A DNA stretch of 64,000 bases from Alphaproteobacteria bacterium (GTDB lineage: Bacteria > Pseudomonadota > Alphaproteobacteria > JANQMY01), in the NCBI GenBank assembly GCA_965228775.1, contig OZ245840.1, positions 4,739 through 68,738 of the forward strand, written 5' to 3'. A program made the position numbers and the translations under genes. The notes under the pieces were generated by a model. The model made no database searches. It was not told the origin of the DNA and saw nothing but the letters and a program-made list of their open reading frames with translations. Each line of letters opens with the position of its first letter. The first letter of the stretch is position 1. Below, in pieces: positions 11,891-18,006 of the stretch.

Positions 11891-14572
11891 GTGAGCTTCA
11901 ACACAGACAATGGTAACCTGATAGTCAATGGTTCCTTTGAAACGAGCGAGGTGTCCGGAACATATCAGACTTTTTCTTCAATCGACGGCTGGACTGCACC
12001 AGCCGGGGCTATAGAACTGCAAGAAAATGGTGTCTTCTACGGCCAAACTGCCTCCGATGGCGATCAGTGGCTTGAACTAGACGCAGAAGGTGCCATCAAC
12101 TCAATTTATCAGGATGTGCAGACCGTTGATGGACAACACTATGAGCTAAACTTGGATGTATCCCAGCGCAGTGATGCCGCCCCTTCATCAAATACTGTTG
12201 AGGTCTATTGGAATGGTGCATTGATCGAATCTATCGATCCGTCCTCGACCAATTGGGAAACGTTTAGTTTTGTCGTTGAGGGAACGGGTGGACTAGACCG
12301 TCTGGAGTTTCGCGAACCTGCAAGCGACAACGATACTGTTGGCAGTCTTATCGACAATGTTAGCCTCAATGCCGTGCTTCAGGAAGACGCTGCAAATGGA
12401 ACGGTTGCGGCTTCAGTTTCAGCTGTAAATGATCCGGACGATAGCGATACGCATACATTTAGTTTCGCGCCAGGTGGGGATGCCGGCGGGGCTTTCGCAA
12501 TCGATGAAAATACGGGTGTAGTTACTGTCGCAGACAACACGCTTATCGATTTCGAAACCTCTCCAAGCATGAATGTCACAGTTAGAGTTACTGATTCCGG
12601 TGGCCTAACGTATGATGAAGTGCTCACCATCAATGTTACGGACGTAAATGAGGCGCCCACAGACATTAAGGTGGTTGGCAGCAATAACTTCTCAACAAGC
12701 TCCGGCGGCGGAGCGGTTATAGCAACGGTGAGCACTGTCGATGATGCAGGGGATAGCCACACCTACACGCTCACGAATGATGCGGGCGGCATGTTCGCGA
12801 TCGATTCCTCAACGGGAGTCATCACAGTCGCTGGCACAGGTGCGGCCGACTTCACTCAGCGCAGCGGCAGCAGCAATCCTCTCAACGGTATCGATGTGGG
12901 TAATGATGCCACGCCAACTTTCGTCGACATCGACAATGATGGCGACATGGATGTCTTTATCGGGGAGGTGAACGGCAATCTGAATTATTACGAAAACACG
13001 GGTACGTCTTCCAACCCGAATTTCGTGTCAGGCAGCAACCCATTCGGTTCCACTGATATCGGGTCGGAATCAAATCCAACATTCGTTGATATTGATAATG
13101 ACGGCGATCTCGACGCATTCGTGGGCGAAAGCGATGGGAAGATGAACTTCTTCGAGAATGTCGGTACAGCGTCCAGCCCCTCCTTTGCATCGAACCAGCA
13201 GGGCGCGTTTGGCATTGGCGATATCGGCAGCGATTCCGCACCCACTTTCGTCGACATTGACAATGACGGCGATATGGATCTTTTCGTCGGGGAAAGTAAC
13301 GGCCGGACGAACTTCTTTGAAAACACAGGTACGGCATCCAGCGCCAACTTTGTACAGAGCTCCTCAAGCAGTCCGTTCGGCATCTCGGATATTGGCAGCG
13401 ACGCGGAGCTAACCTTTGCGGATTTGGACGGAGACGGAGATCTTGACGCCATCGTTGGTGAAAGTGATGGTCACCTGAACTATTTCCGTAACGACGGTAC
13501 GGTCAGCAATCCAAGTTTTGTACATGCTGGTACCAATCCGTTTGGACTGGCGGATATCGGAACGGACGCATCCCCCACCTTCGTCGATATTGACGGCGAT
13601 GGTGATTTGGATCTGTTCGTGGGTGAGGGCAGTGACGGCGATGACGGGTCTTCCGAGGATGGTCGGATCAATTTCTTCGAGAACACGTCGTCACCAATCG
13701 ATTTCTCATCTATCAACACCTACACGGTTACTGTTGAAACATCGGATGGAACGTCGACTTATTCTGAGGACATTACATTCCGCCTAGGGACAGACAGTAA
13801 CAACACCATCACAGGCGGCTCCGACACCGATGTCATCTACGGTATGGGCGGGAACGATACGCTGAATGGTGGCGGCGGTGACGATACGCTGATCGGCGGG
13901 GCCGGTTCCGATGCCTTCGATGGTGGGACGGGTACGGATACGGTTGACTATTCCGGATCTTCTTCGGCTGTGACCGTGAACCTTGATACCGGGGCCGGAT
14001 CAGGCGGAGATGCTGCGGGGGACACATACACCAGCATCGAAGGCGTGGTCGGTTCCGACCATAACGATTACGTCTATGGAACGGATACCGGTGGCGTGAC
14101 CGCCAACCTTGGCGCCGGTAATGATACATTTGACAATGATGCGGGTGACGCAACCCAAATCGACAATATCGATGGCGGCGGCGGTAACGACACCATCTAC
14201 ACCGGTGCCGGTGACGATACGCTCACTGGCGGTGAAGGAAACGACAACCTCTACGGTGAAGATGGCAACGACACTCTTGACGGCGGTGCGGGTACGGACA
14301 CGCTGTGGGGCGGTGACGGCGACGATATCTTTATCTTCGGTCTCGGCGATGGCAATGACACGGCGCATGGTGGTGCTGGCTGGACGGACAGTGTTCAGCT
14401 AGAAGCCGGCGTTGGTGAGTATGGCGTCGATTGGACGGTTTCAATCACATCCGGCAGCATCACGAATACGGGCGCGAACCAGCTTGATCTGAGTGCGGAT
14501 GCGTCCGGTACGATCACTCTGTCCGATGGCAGTGAGCTGGACTTCGATAACCTTGAACAGATCAATTGGTGA
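1..14572 (+). CDS. Giant RTX-type adhesin, 5'-partial. Cadherin-like 108-aa tandem repeats, then a jelly-roll-like domain, 2 cadherin-like domains, FG-GAP/VCBS repeats, RTX Ca-binding repeats and a C-terminal T1SS-type tail
   Basis: Single uninterrupted ORF (track 92..14572, 4826 aa). The same frame stays open and is repeat-encoding from nt 1 to 91 (TNNLTLSGTDAAKFEIVDNGGSFELHLKAG), so the gene extends upstream of the window. Repeat unit: VTLDHEADGQFDVTVNVDDATVGGTPDASQAFSLTVTDVNEAPTAVTLDNQVTSIAENSDTSSSTKVADISVTDDALGTNNLTLSGTDAAKFEIVDTGGSFELHLKAG. The DVNEAP ending is the cadherin-like DxNDN(A)P signature. At nt ~12870-13690 there are six copies of xPTFVDIDNDGDxDxFVGE (FG-GAP/VCBS). At ~13790-14340 there are GGxGxDxL/I nonapeptide (RTX) repeats. 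The C-terminal ~70 aa lack Cys and end ...LDFDNLEQINW, consistent with a type I secretion signal. Confidence 0.85.
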   Translation, partial: TNNLTLSGTDAAKFEIVDNGGSFELHLKAGVTLDHEADGQFDVTVNVDDATVGGTPDASQAFSLTVTDVNEAPTAVTLDNQVTSIAENSDTSSSTKVADIDVTDDGLGTNNLSLSGTDAAKFEIVDTGGSFELHLKAGVTLDHEADGQFDVTVNVDDATVGGTPDASQAFSLSVTDVNEAPTAVTLDNQVTSIAENSDTSGSTKVADITVTDDALGTNNLTLSGTDAAKFEIVDNGGSFELHLKGGVTLDHEVDGQFDVTVNVDDATVGGTPDASQAFSLTVTDVNEAPTAVTLDNQVTSIAENSDTTSSTKVADISVTDDALGTNNLTLSGTDAAKFEIVDTGGSFELHLKAGVTLDHEADGQFDVTVNVDDATVGGTPDASQAFSLSVTDVNEAPTAVTLDNQVTSIAENSDTTSSTKVADISVTDDALGTNNLTLSGTDAAKFEIVDNGGSFELHLKAGVTLDHEADGQFDVTVNVDDAGVGGTPDASQAFSLTVTDVNEAPTAVTLDNQVTSIAENSDTSSSTKVADISVTDDALGTNNLTLSGTDAAKFEIVDTGGSFELHLKAGVTLDHEADGQLDVTVQVDDASVGGTPDASQAFSLTVTDVNEAPTAVTLDNQVTSIAENSDTSSSTKVADINVTDDGLGTNDLTLSGADADKFEIVDTGGNFELHLKAGVTLDHEADGQFDVTVNVDDATVGGTPDASQAFSLTVTDVNEAPTAVTLDNQVTSIAENADTSSSTKVADITVTDDALGTNNLTLSGTDAAKFEIVDTGGSFELHLKAGVTLDHEADGQFDVIVQVDDASVGGTPDASQAFSLTVTDVNEAPTAVTLDNQVTSIAENSDTSSSTKVADISVTDDALGTNNLTLSGTDAAMFEIVDTGGSFELHLKAGVTLDHEADGQFDVTVNVDDATVGGTPDASQAFSLTVTDVNEAPTAVTLDNQVTSIAENSDTSSSTKVADISVTDDALGTNNLTLSGTDAAKFEIVDTGGSFELHLKAGVTLDHEADGQFDVTVNVDDATVGGTPDASQAFSLTVTDVNEAPTAVTLDNQVTSIAENSDTSSSTKVADINVTDDALGTNNLTLSGTDAAKFEIVDNSGSFELHLKAGVTLDHEADGQFDVTVNVDDAAVGGTPDASQAFSLTVTDVNEAPTAVTLDNQVTSIAENSDTSSSTKVADISVTDDALGTNNLTLSGTDAAKFEIVDTGGSFELHLKAGVTLDHEADGQFDVTVNVDDATVGGTPDASRAFSLTVTDVNEAPTAVTLDNQVTGIAENADTSSSTKVADISVTDDALGTNNLTLSGADAAKFEIVDTGGNFELHLKAGVTLDHEADGQFDVTVNVDDATVGGTPDASQAFSLSVTDVNEAPTAVTLDNQVTSIAENSDTSSSTKVADISVTDDALGTNNLTLSGTDAAKFEIVDTGGSFELHLKAGVTLDHEADGQFDVTVNVDDATVGGTPDASQVFSLSVTDVNEAPTAVTLDNQVTSIEENSDTSSSTKVADISVTDDALGTNTLTLSGTDAAKFEIVDNGGNFELHLKAGVTLDHEADGQFDVTVNVDDATVGGTPDASQAFSLSVTDVNEAPTAVTLDNQVTSIAENSDTSSSTKVADISVTDDALGTNNLMLSGTDAAKFEIVDNGGNFELHLKAGVTLDHEADGQFDVTVNVDDATVGGTPDASQAFSLSVTDVNEAPTAVTLDNQVTSIAENSDTTSSTKVADINVTDDALGTNNLTLSGTDAAKFEIVDTGGSFELHLKAGVTLDHEADGQFDVTVNVDDATVGGTPDASQAFSLSVTDVNEAPTAVTLDNQVTSIAENSDTSSSTKVADINVTDDALGTNNLTLSGTDAAKFEIVDNGGSFELHLKAGVTLDHEADGQFDVTVNVDDATVGGTPDASQAFSLSVTDVNEAPTAVTLDNQVTSIAENSDTSSSTKVADINVTDDALGTNNLTLSGTDAAKFEIVDTGGSFELHLKAGVTLDHEADGQFDVTVNVDDATVGGTPDASQAFSLSVTDVNEAPTAVTLDNQVTSIAENSDTSSSTKVADITVTDDALGTNNLTLSGTDAAKFEIVDNGGSFELHLKAGVTLDHEADGQFDVTVNVDDATVGGTPDASQAFSLSVTDVNEAPTAVTLDNQVTSIAENSDTSSSTKVADITVTDDALGTNNLTLSGTDAAKFEIVDNGGSFELHLKAGVTLDHEADGQFDVTVNVDDATVGGTPDASQAFSLTVTDVNEAPTAVTLDNQVTSIAENSDTSSSTKVADVTVTDDALGTNDLTLSGTDADKFEIVDNGGNFELHLKAGVTLDHEADGQFDVTVNVDDATVGGTPDASQAFSLSVTDVNEAPTAVTLDNQVTSIAENSDTSSSTKVADISVTDDALGTNSLTLSGTDAAKFEIVDTGGSFELHLKAGVTLDHEADGQFDVTVNVDDATVGGTPDASQAFSLSVTDVNEAPTAVTLDNQVTSIAENSDTSSSTKVADINVTDDALGTNNLTLSGTDAAKFEIVDTGGSFELHLKAGVTLDHEADGQFDVTVNVDDATVGGTPDASQAFSLTVTDVNEAPTAVTLDNQVTSIAENSDTSSSTKVADISVTDDALGTNTLTLSGTDAAKFEIVDTGGSFELHLKAGVTLDHEADGRFDVTVNVDDATVGGTPDASQAFSLSVTDVNEAPTAVTLDNQVTSIAENSDTSSSTKVADINVTDDALGTNNLTLSGTDAAKFEIVDTGGSFELHLKAGVTLDHEADGQFDVTVNVDDATVGSTPDASQAFSLSVTDVNEAPTAVTLDNQVTSIAENSDTTSSTKVADISVTDDALGTNTLTLSGTDAAKFEIVDTGGSFELHLKAGVALDHETDGQFDVTVNVDDASVGGTPDASQAFSLTVTDVNEAPTAVTLDNQVTSIAENSDTSSSTKVADINVTDDALGTNNLTLSGTDAAKFEIVDTGGNFELHLKAGVTLDHEADGQFDVTVNVDDATVGGTPDASQAFSLSVTDVNEAPTAVTLDNQVTSIAENSDTSSSTKVADISVTDDGLGTNSLTLSGTDAAKFEIVDTGGSFELHLKAGVTLDHEADGQFDVTVNVDDASVGGTPDASQAFSLTVTDVNEAPTAVTLDNQVTSIAENSDTTSSTKVADISVTDDALGTNNLTLSGTDAAKFEIVDTGGSFELHLKAGVTLDHEADGQFDVTVNVDDATVGGTPDASQAFSLSVTDVNEAPTAVTLDNQVTSIAENSDTSSSTKVADISVTDDALGTNALTLSGTDAAEFEIVDNGGSFELHLKAGVTLDHEADGQFDVTVNVDDATVGGTPDASQAFSLSVTDVNEAPTAVTLDNQVTSIAENSDTSSSTKVADISVTDDALGTNNLTLSGTDAAKFEIVDTGGSFELHLKAGVTLDHEADGQFDVTVNVDDASVGGTPDASQAFSLSVTDVNEAPTAVTLDNQVTSIAENSDTSSSTKVADISVIDDALGTNNLTLSGTDAAKFEIVDNGGSFELHLKAGVTLDHEADGQFDVIVQVDDASVGGTPDASQAFSLTVTDVNEAPTAVTLDNQVTSIAENSDTSSSTKVADISVTDDVLGTNNLTLSGTDAAKFEIVDTGGSFELHLKAGVTLDHEADGQFDVTVNVDDATVGGTPDASQAFSLSVTDVNEAPTAVTLDNQVTSIAENSDTTSSTKVADISVTDDALGTNNLTLSGTDADKFEIVDTGGNFELHLKAGVTLDHEADGQFDVTVNVDDATVGGTPDASQAFSLSVTDVNEAPTAVTLDNQVTSIAENSDTTSSTKVADISVTDDALGTNNLTLSGTDADKFEIVDTGGNFELHLKAGVTLDHEADGQFDVTVNVDDATVGGTPDASQSFSLTVTDVNEAPTAVTLDNQVTSIAENSDTTSSTKVADISVTDDALGTNNLTLSGTDAAKFEIVDTGGNFELHLKAGVTLDHEADGQFDVTVNVDDATVGGTPDASQSFSLTVTDVNEAPTDVSFNTDNGNLIVNGSFETSEVSGTYQTFSSIDGWTAPAGAIELQENGVFYGQTASDGDQWLELDAEGAINSIYQDVQTVDGQHYELNLDVSQRSDAAPSSNTVEVYWNGALIESIDPSSTNWETFSFVVEGTGGLDRLEFREPASDNDTVGSLIDNVSLNAVLQEDAANGTVAASVSAVNDPDDSDTHTFSFAPGGDAGGAFAIDENTGVVTVADNTLIDFETSPSMNVTVRVTDSGGLTYDEVLTINVTDVNEAPTDIKVVGSNNFSTSSGGGAVIATVSTVDDAGDSHTYTLTNDAGGMFAIDSSTGVITVAGTGAADFTQRSGSSNPLNGIDVGNDATPTFVDIDNDGDMDVFIGEVNGNLNYYENTGTSSNPNFVSGSNPFGSTDIGSESNPTFVDIDNDGDLDAFVGESDGKMNFFENVGTASSPSFASNQQGAFGIGDIGSDSAPTFVDIDNDGDMDLFVGESNGRTNFFENTGTASSANFVQSSSSSPFGISDIGSDAELTFADLDGDGDLDAIVGESDGHLNYFRNDGTVSNPSFVHAGTNPFGLADIGTDASPTFVDIDGDGDLDLFVGEGSDGDDGSSEDGRINFFENTSSPIDFSSINTYTVTVETSDGTSTYSEDITFRLGTDSNNTITGGSDTDVIYGMGGNDTLNGGGGDDTLIGGAGSDAFDGGTGTDTVDYSGSSSAVTVNLDTGAGSGGDAAGDTYTSIEGVVGSDHNDYVYGTDTGGVTANLGAGNDTFDNDAGDATQIDNIDGGGGNDTIYTGAGDDTLTGGEGNDNLYGEDGNDTLDGGAGTDTLWGGDGDDIFIFGLGDGNDTAHGGAGWTDSVQLEAGVGEYGVDWTVSITSGSITNTGANQLDLSADASGTITLSDGSELDFDNLEQINW
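12870..13690 (+). other. FG-GAP/VCBS repeat block, about 6 copies, within the adhesin
   Basis: Recurrent ...PTFVDIDNDGDMDVFIGE..., ...PTFVDIDNDGDLDAFVGE..., ...LTFADLDGDGDLDAIVGE..., ...PTFVDIDGDGDLDLFVGE... Each carries a DxDxDG calcium-binding loop. Confidence 0.8.
13790..14340 (+). other. RTX (haemolysin-type) calcium-binding nonapeptide repeat region of the adhesin
   Basis: GGSDTDVIYGMGGNDTLNGGGGDDTLIGGAGSDAFDGGTGTDTV and GNDTIYTGAGDDTLTGGEGNDNLYGEDGNDTLDGGAGTDTLWGGDGDDIF both match the GGxGxDxUx consensus. Confidence 0.85.
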
Positions 14573-14691
14573 GGCTGAGCCAACGAAGGCGATAAGTGTT
14601 TTTTCAGCCTTGCGTGAAATGGTGACATTCAATCGCGGTGTACGCGGAATTCGCGCGCATGTTGTTAATGCTTGTTAAGGATTGATCCGAC

Positions 14692-15525
14692 GTGGCGGCA
14701 TTGGCCCAATTTGGCCGCATTCTGGATGACCAGAAAATCCGGCCGATCATCACAATCAATCGGAAGATTGCGCAGTCGTTCCTGACGCAGTCGCCTGCGA
14801 CTGACACCGTTACTGCGCGTATGGTGCAAATCCTGAACAATTATCCCCATTTCTTCATATTGCGTGGCCCGCCGCCTATAGAGGCAACTGATCTCACCGT
14901 ACAGATCGCCAGGGCCATCGCAGGGCGGGCGCCGCATCCATTTATTAGGTCCAGTGAAAGACTCGAACGTGTCTCGCAGACACGTGTTGAAATCGATCCG
15001 AATGCTGATCTTGCAACAGGGGTCACCCGGTACAGCCGTACTCATCAGGCCCTGAAGCTACATACGGATTCGAGTTATGATCCGGTTCCTCACGAGCTTG
15101 TGGCTTTCCAAATGGTGAGGCCAGATTTTGAAGGGGGGCATACGATCATTGCGCCGGTGGAAGACATTCTGGATGGGTTGCAGGAATCGGAGATTGTGTC
15201 GCTTCATAAAACCGCGATCCCGTTCGGCCGCCGGTCGTATCCTGTTTTGTGGCGCCACCGAGGGGCAGATCATATCCGTTTCTATGACCAGCAAATCCTA
15301 AACGCGTTACGAGGTGGCAGCGGGCTTGGCTTGTCTGAAAAAGACGCGTTACGTCCTTTGCTAAAAGTGCTCAAGGAGTATCAACGTTTCCAGATATTCG
15401 AATTGGCGGCCGGAGAAACCCTGTTTGTCCACAATTCTCGGGCGCTCCATGGCCGGACAGCCTTCGCTCAAGACAGCAAACGCCTTATGTTTCGTGTGCG
15501 CATGAATGCTGGGTGTCTTGCATAA
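14692..15525 (+). CDS. TauD/TfdA/clavaminate-synthase-like Fe(II)/2-oxoglutarate-dependent dioxygenase
   Basis: HxD...H facial triad context: LHTDSSYDPVPHELVAFQMVRPDFEGGHTIIAPVED (HTD, then P...GG.T as in TauD/CAS-like enzymes) and a distal HNSRALHGR. GTG start at 14692 with an AAGGA sequence upstream. Lies 120 bp downstream of the adhesin stop. Confidence 0.65.
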   Translation: MAALAQFGRILDDQKIRPIITINRKIAQSFLTQSPATDTVTARMVQILNNYPHFFILRGPPPIEATDLTVQIARAIAGRAPHPFIRSSERLERVSQTRVEIDPNADLATGVTRYSRTHQALKLHTDSSYDPVPHELVAFQMVRPDFEGGHTIIAPVEDILDGLQESEIVSLHKTAIPFGRRSYPVLWRHRGADHIRFYDQQILNALRGGSGLGLSEKDALRPLLKVLKEYQRFQIFELAAGETLFVHNSRALHGRTAFAQDSKRLMFRVRMNAGCLA

Positions 15526-16910
15526 TGACATCCACTGACAAAGAACGTGAACTGGTATTGAGGCAGTTACAAGAAGTCCGCCGCCTGTTGAGTGTCGGTC
15601 AGCGACGGGAAGCCTTTTATGTATTGCGCGAGATTTCACATCTCTACGTTGATGATTGGCAGCTGCAGTGTGAGTTCGGTATCCGATATTTCCAGATGGG
15701 GGCGCTCGACCGGTCCGAATGGTCGCTGAGGCAGAGCCTGTCGAGGAATGACCGGAATGCGATCGCGTTGCGCCACCTGTCGGCATTGATGTCGCAGAAG
15801 GGCGACGGCAAAGCAGCCGTTATGTGTGCGAAGCGCTCCGCCTTGGTGGAACCGATTACCGGTCCTGATATGTATGACGAGGACCGTCCGTCATTGTTAC
15901 GGCTTCGTTCGATCGAGGGAAGCTATCAGGGCATCACCTGGAATACCGACCTGAAGCTGAATGAGTGTGGGTTGAGGCGCGGGCATTTCTCAACACGCGC
16001 CTTGATCAACCGGGATCAAGTTAATTTGTTTTCCGCTTCGATTTTTGGAGACAATCTGCTGGCGTGCCGAAACTTGCCGAAATTTGATCTCATCGTAAAC
16101 ACGGTCGGATGTGCCGATCTTAAATCCGGACCGTTGGATGATGTAGACAATTTTATTGCCCGAAATCCAGGAATTCCGGTGATTAATCGGCCGGCAGACG
16201 TAAGGAAGACCACGCGTTTGGAAAATGCCCATCGGCTTGGTGAAATAGAGGGTGTCTGTTTCCCTCTGACCGTCAAGATAACGATGGATGGCACAGTGGA
16301 GGCCATATCCCAACATATTTTTGATAGGGGACTGTCTTTACCGATTATCCTGAGAGAGGCGGGGACTCAGACCGGTAAGTCCGTGGTGCTTGCACAAACC
16401 GCGGCTGAACTAAAAGAAAGCCTAAACAATTTTGCTCCTGGTACGGAAGTCTATGCCATTCAATATGTTGATTGTCTTGGCCGTGACGGATATTTCCACA
16501 AAACCCGGGCCTTTTTCATCGATGGTAAATTTTTTCCTGTGGCAAACTTAACCAGCGATCATTGGCAGATACATTCCGGTGACCGGTATCGAGTGATGGA
16601 CAAGCTGCCTGAAACGCAGAAGGAAGAACGCCGCTACCTCAATGATCCAGGCGGTTACATTGGGACCGGCCATATGGATCGATTGCATCGTATCTCAGAA
16701 CATATTGGTTTGGACTTCTTTGGGATAGACTTCACGGTCACGCCTGAGAACAGGCTGGTTATTTTTGAAGCCAATCCAGCAATGCGTCACAATTTCGACC
16801 ACGCCGGGAATTTTCCGTATACGCGGCCATTTCTAGAAACCGTTTCCAGAAGCTTTATGGCGATGGTCAGTCAGCGTATTGCTCCGGCTCAAAGACGGTC
16901 CGCCAGTTAG
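15525..16910 (+). CDS. TPR-like N-terminal domain fused to an ATP-grasp-fold ligase
   Basis: The ATG at 15525 overlaps the TAA of the upstream dioxygenase (TAATG), indicating translational coupling. The N-terminal ~120 aa are helical and TPR-like. The C-terminal half has ATP-grasp hallmarks (…GLDFFGIDFTVTPENRLVIFEANPAMRH…, compare GxDF…hhEhN). The track ORF at 15513 begins at an in-frame GTG 12 nt upstream. Confidence 0.6.
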   Translation: MTSTDKERELVLRQLQEVRRLLSVGQRREAFYVLREISHLYVDDWQLQCEFGIRYFQMGALDRSEWSLRQSLSRNDRNAIALRHLSALMSQKGDGKAAVMCAKRSALVEPITGPDMYDEDRPSLLRLRSIEGSYQGITWNTDLKLNECGLRRGHFSTRALINRDQVNLFSASIFGDNLLACRNLPKFDLIVNTVGCADLKSGPLDDVDNFIARNPGIPVINRPADVRKTTRLENAHRLGEIEGVCFPLTVKITMDGTVEAISQHIFDRGLSLPIILREAGTQTGKSVVLAQTAAELKESLNNFAPGTEVYAIQYVDCLGRDGYFHKTRAFFIDGKFFPVANLTSDHWQIHSGDRYRVMDKLPETQKEERRYLNDPGGYIGTGHMDRLHRISEHIGLDFFGIDFTVTPENRLVIFEANPAMRHNFDHAGNFPYTRPFLETVSRSFMAMVSQRIAPAQRRSAS

Positions 16911-17021
16911 TTTTCTGACAACGTTAACAAGGACATTTTACATTCGGTATACAGAGTAGTGTATCGGAATTGAATGCGTTAAAATCTATTCGCCGTAATG
17001 CGGGGAACTGGAGAAAGAGAT

Positions 17022-17945
17022 ATGAACAGCGATCTCATCATTGTCGGTGGTAGCTTTGCCGGACTGAGCGCCGCGATGAATATTGGGCGGGCTGGGCGCA
17101 ACGTCCTGCTTCTTGATGCTGAAGAACCACGAAACCGATTTTCAGATGAGTCGCATGGATTTTTTGGTTTCGACGGTAACGCGCCTTCTGAAATTCTCGC
17201 GAATGCGCGCCTACAGACGACTTCCTACCCCAACGTCGTTTACAATAAGACGCTGGTCGCAAACGTGACGCAGGTCGAGGGAGGCTTTACTGCAATTTGC
17301 GAAGATGGCGCGGTCCATCAAGGGCGGCGCCTCTTGATCGCTACCGGTGTTGCCGACACGCTTCCTGATGTGCCAGGGATGCGCGAACGGTGGGGGGGCA
17401 GCGTGCTGCACTGCCCTTACTGTCATGGTTATGAATTTTTAGGAAAACGGACCGGCATATTTGCGGAAGGGCCGATTGCGATCCATCAGGCAGAAATGGT
17501 TGCTGATTGGGGGCCCGTCACGCTTTTTACGAACGGCGTCTTGAACTTGGATGACGAAAGCAGAGCCCGGCTGGCGGCACGCAAAGTGACTATTGAAACA
17601 AGCTCGGTTACGGGGCTGCAAGGGCATGGGCTGGACCTACAAGCAGTAACTCTCGCCGATGGGAGGAATATTCCTATCAGTGTTTTGTATATCGCTACGC
17701 AAGTACGCCTGCGCAATAATTGGGCTGAGACCCTCGGATGCACAATTGATAGGGGGCCTCTCGGGCCCGTAATCAAAACGGACGAACGCCAGGCGACGAA
17801 TGTGGAGGGCGTCTTTGCCGCTGGCGATTGTGCGCGTCAGCCACAATCCGCTACATTCGCCTGCGCCGATGGCGTTGCATCTGGGATGGCAATTCACGCG
17901 TCCCTGGTTGAAGAAGATATTCGCCAGTGCGCAGCGGTTCTGTGA
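17022..17945 (+). CDS. FAD/NAD(P)-binding oxidoreductase, thioredoxin-reductase-like
   Basis: N-terminal dinucleotide fold DLIIVGGSFAGLSAAMNIGRAGRNVLLLD. C-terminal GDCARQP…ADGVASGMAIH is typical of the pyridine-nucleotide-disulfide oxidoreductase family. GGAGAAAGAGA RBS before the ATG at 17022. Confidence 0.7.
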   Translation: MNSDLIIVGGSFAGLSAAMNIGRAGRNVLLLDAEEPRNRFSDESHGFFGFDGNAPSEILANARLQTTSYPNVVYNKTLVANVTQVEGGFTAICEDGAVHQGRRLLIATGVADTLPDVPGMRERWGGSVLHCPYCHGYEFLGKRTGIFAEGPIAIHQAEMVADWGPVTLFTNGVLNLDDESRARLAARKVTIETSSVTGLQGHGLDLQAVTLADGRNIPISVLYIATQVRLRNNWAETLGCTIDRGPLGPVIKTDERQATNVEGVFAAGDCARQPQSATFACADGVASGMAIHASLVEEDIRQCAAVL

Positions 17946-18006
17946 AGTCTCGAAGGCTATTGCCTTGTACGCAAGTTCTAATCCTAAAAACCTTGTTGAC
18001 GGGTGT

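Noticed and set aside
241-11928. Dozens of minus-strand ORFs (up to 1807 aa, for example 6347..11770, 2873..4966, 8203..9492) tiling the adhesin repeat region
   Set aside because: These are antisense read-through artefacts of a GC-rich, stop-codon-poor, perfectly periodic coding repeat. Their translations are low-complexity Arg/Val/His or Ser/Thr/Val repeats with the same 108-aa periodicity and no independent start context. The plus-strand frame carries the conserved cadherin-like motifs.
12379-14402. Small ORFs on both strands inside the adhesin C-terminal region (for example 12379..12762 -, 12988..13452 -, 13158..13412 +, 14000..14368 -)
   Set aside because: They are fully nested in the adhesin reading frame region that encodes recognisable FG-GAP and RTX motifs. 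Overlapping out-of-frame ORFs are expected at this GC content.
14573-14691. AGGCTG…CAGCCT inverted repeat after the adhesin stop, considered as a terminator
   Set aside because: The stem is only 6 bp, the loop is about 27 nt, and no T-tract follows. It is not a convincing intrinsic terminator, so adhesin read-through into the dioxygenase operon remains possible.
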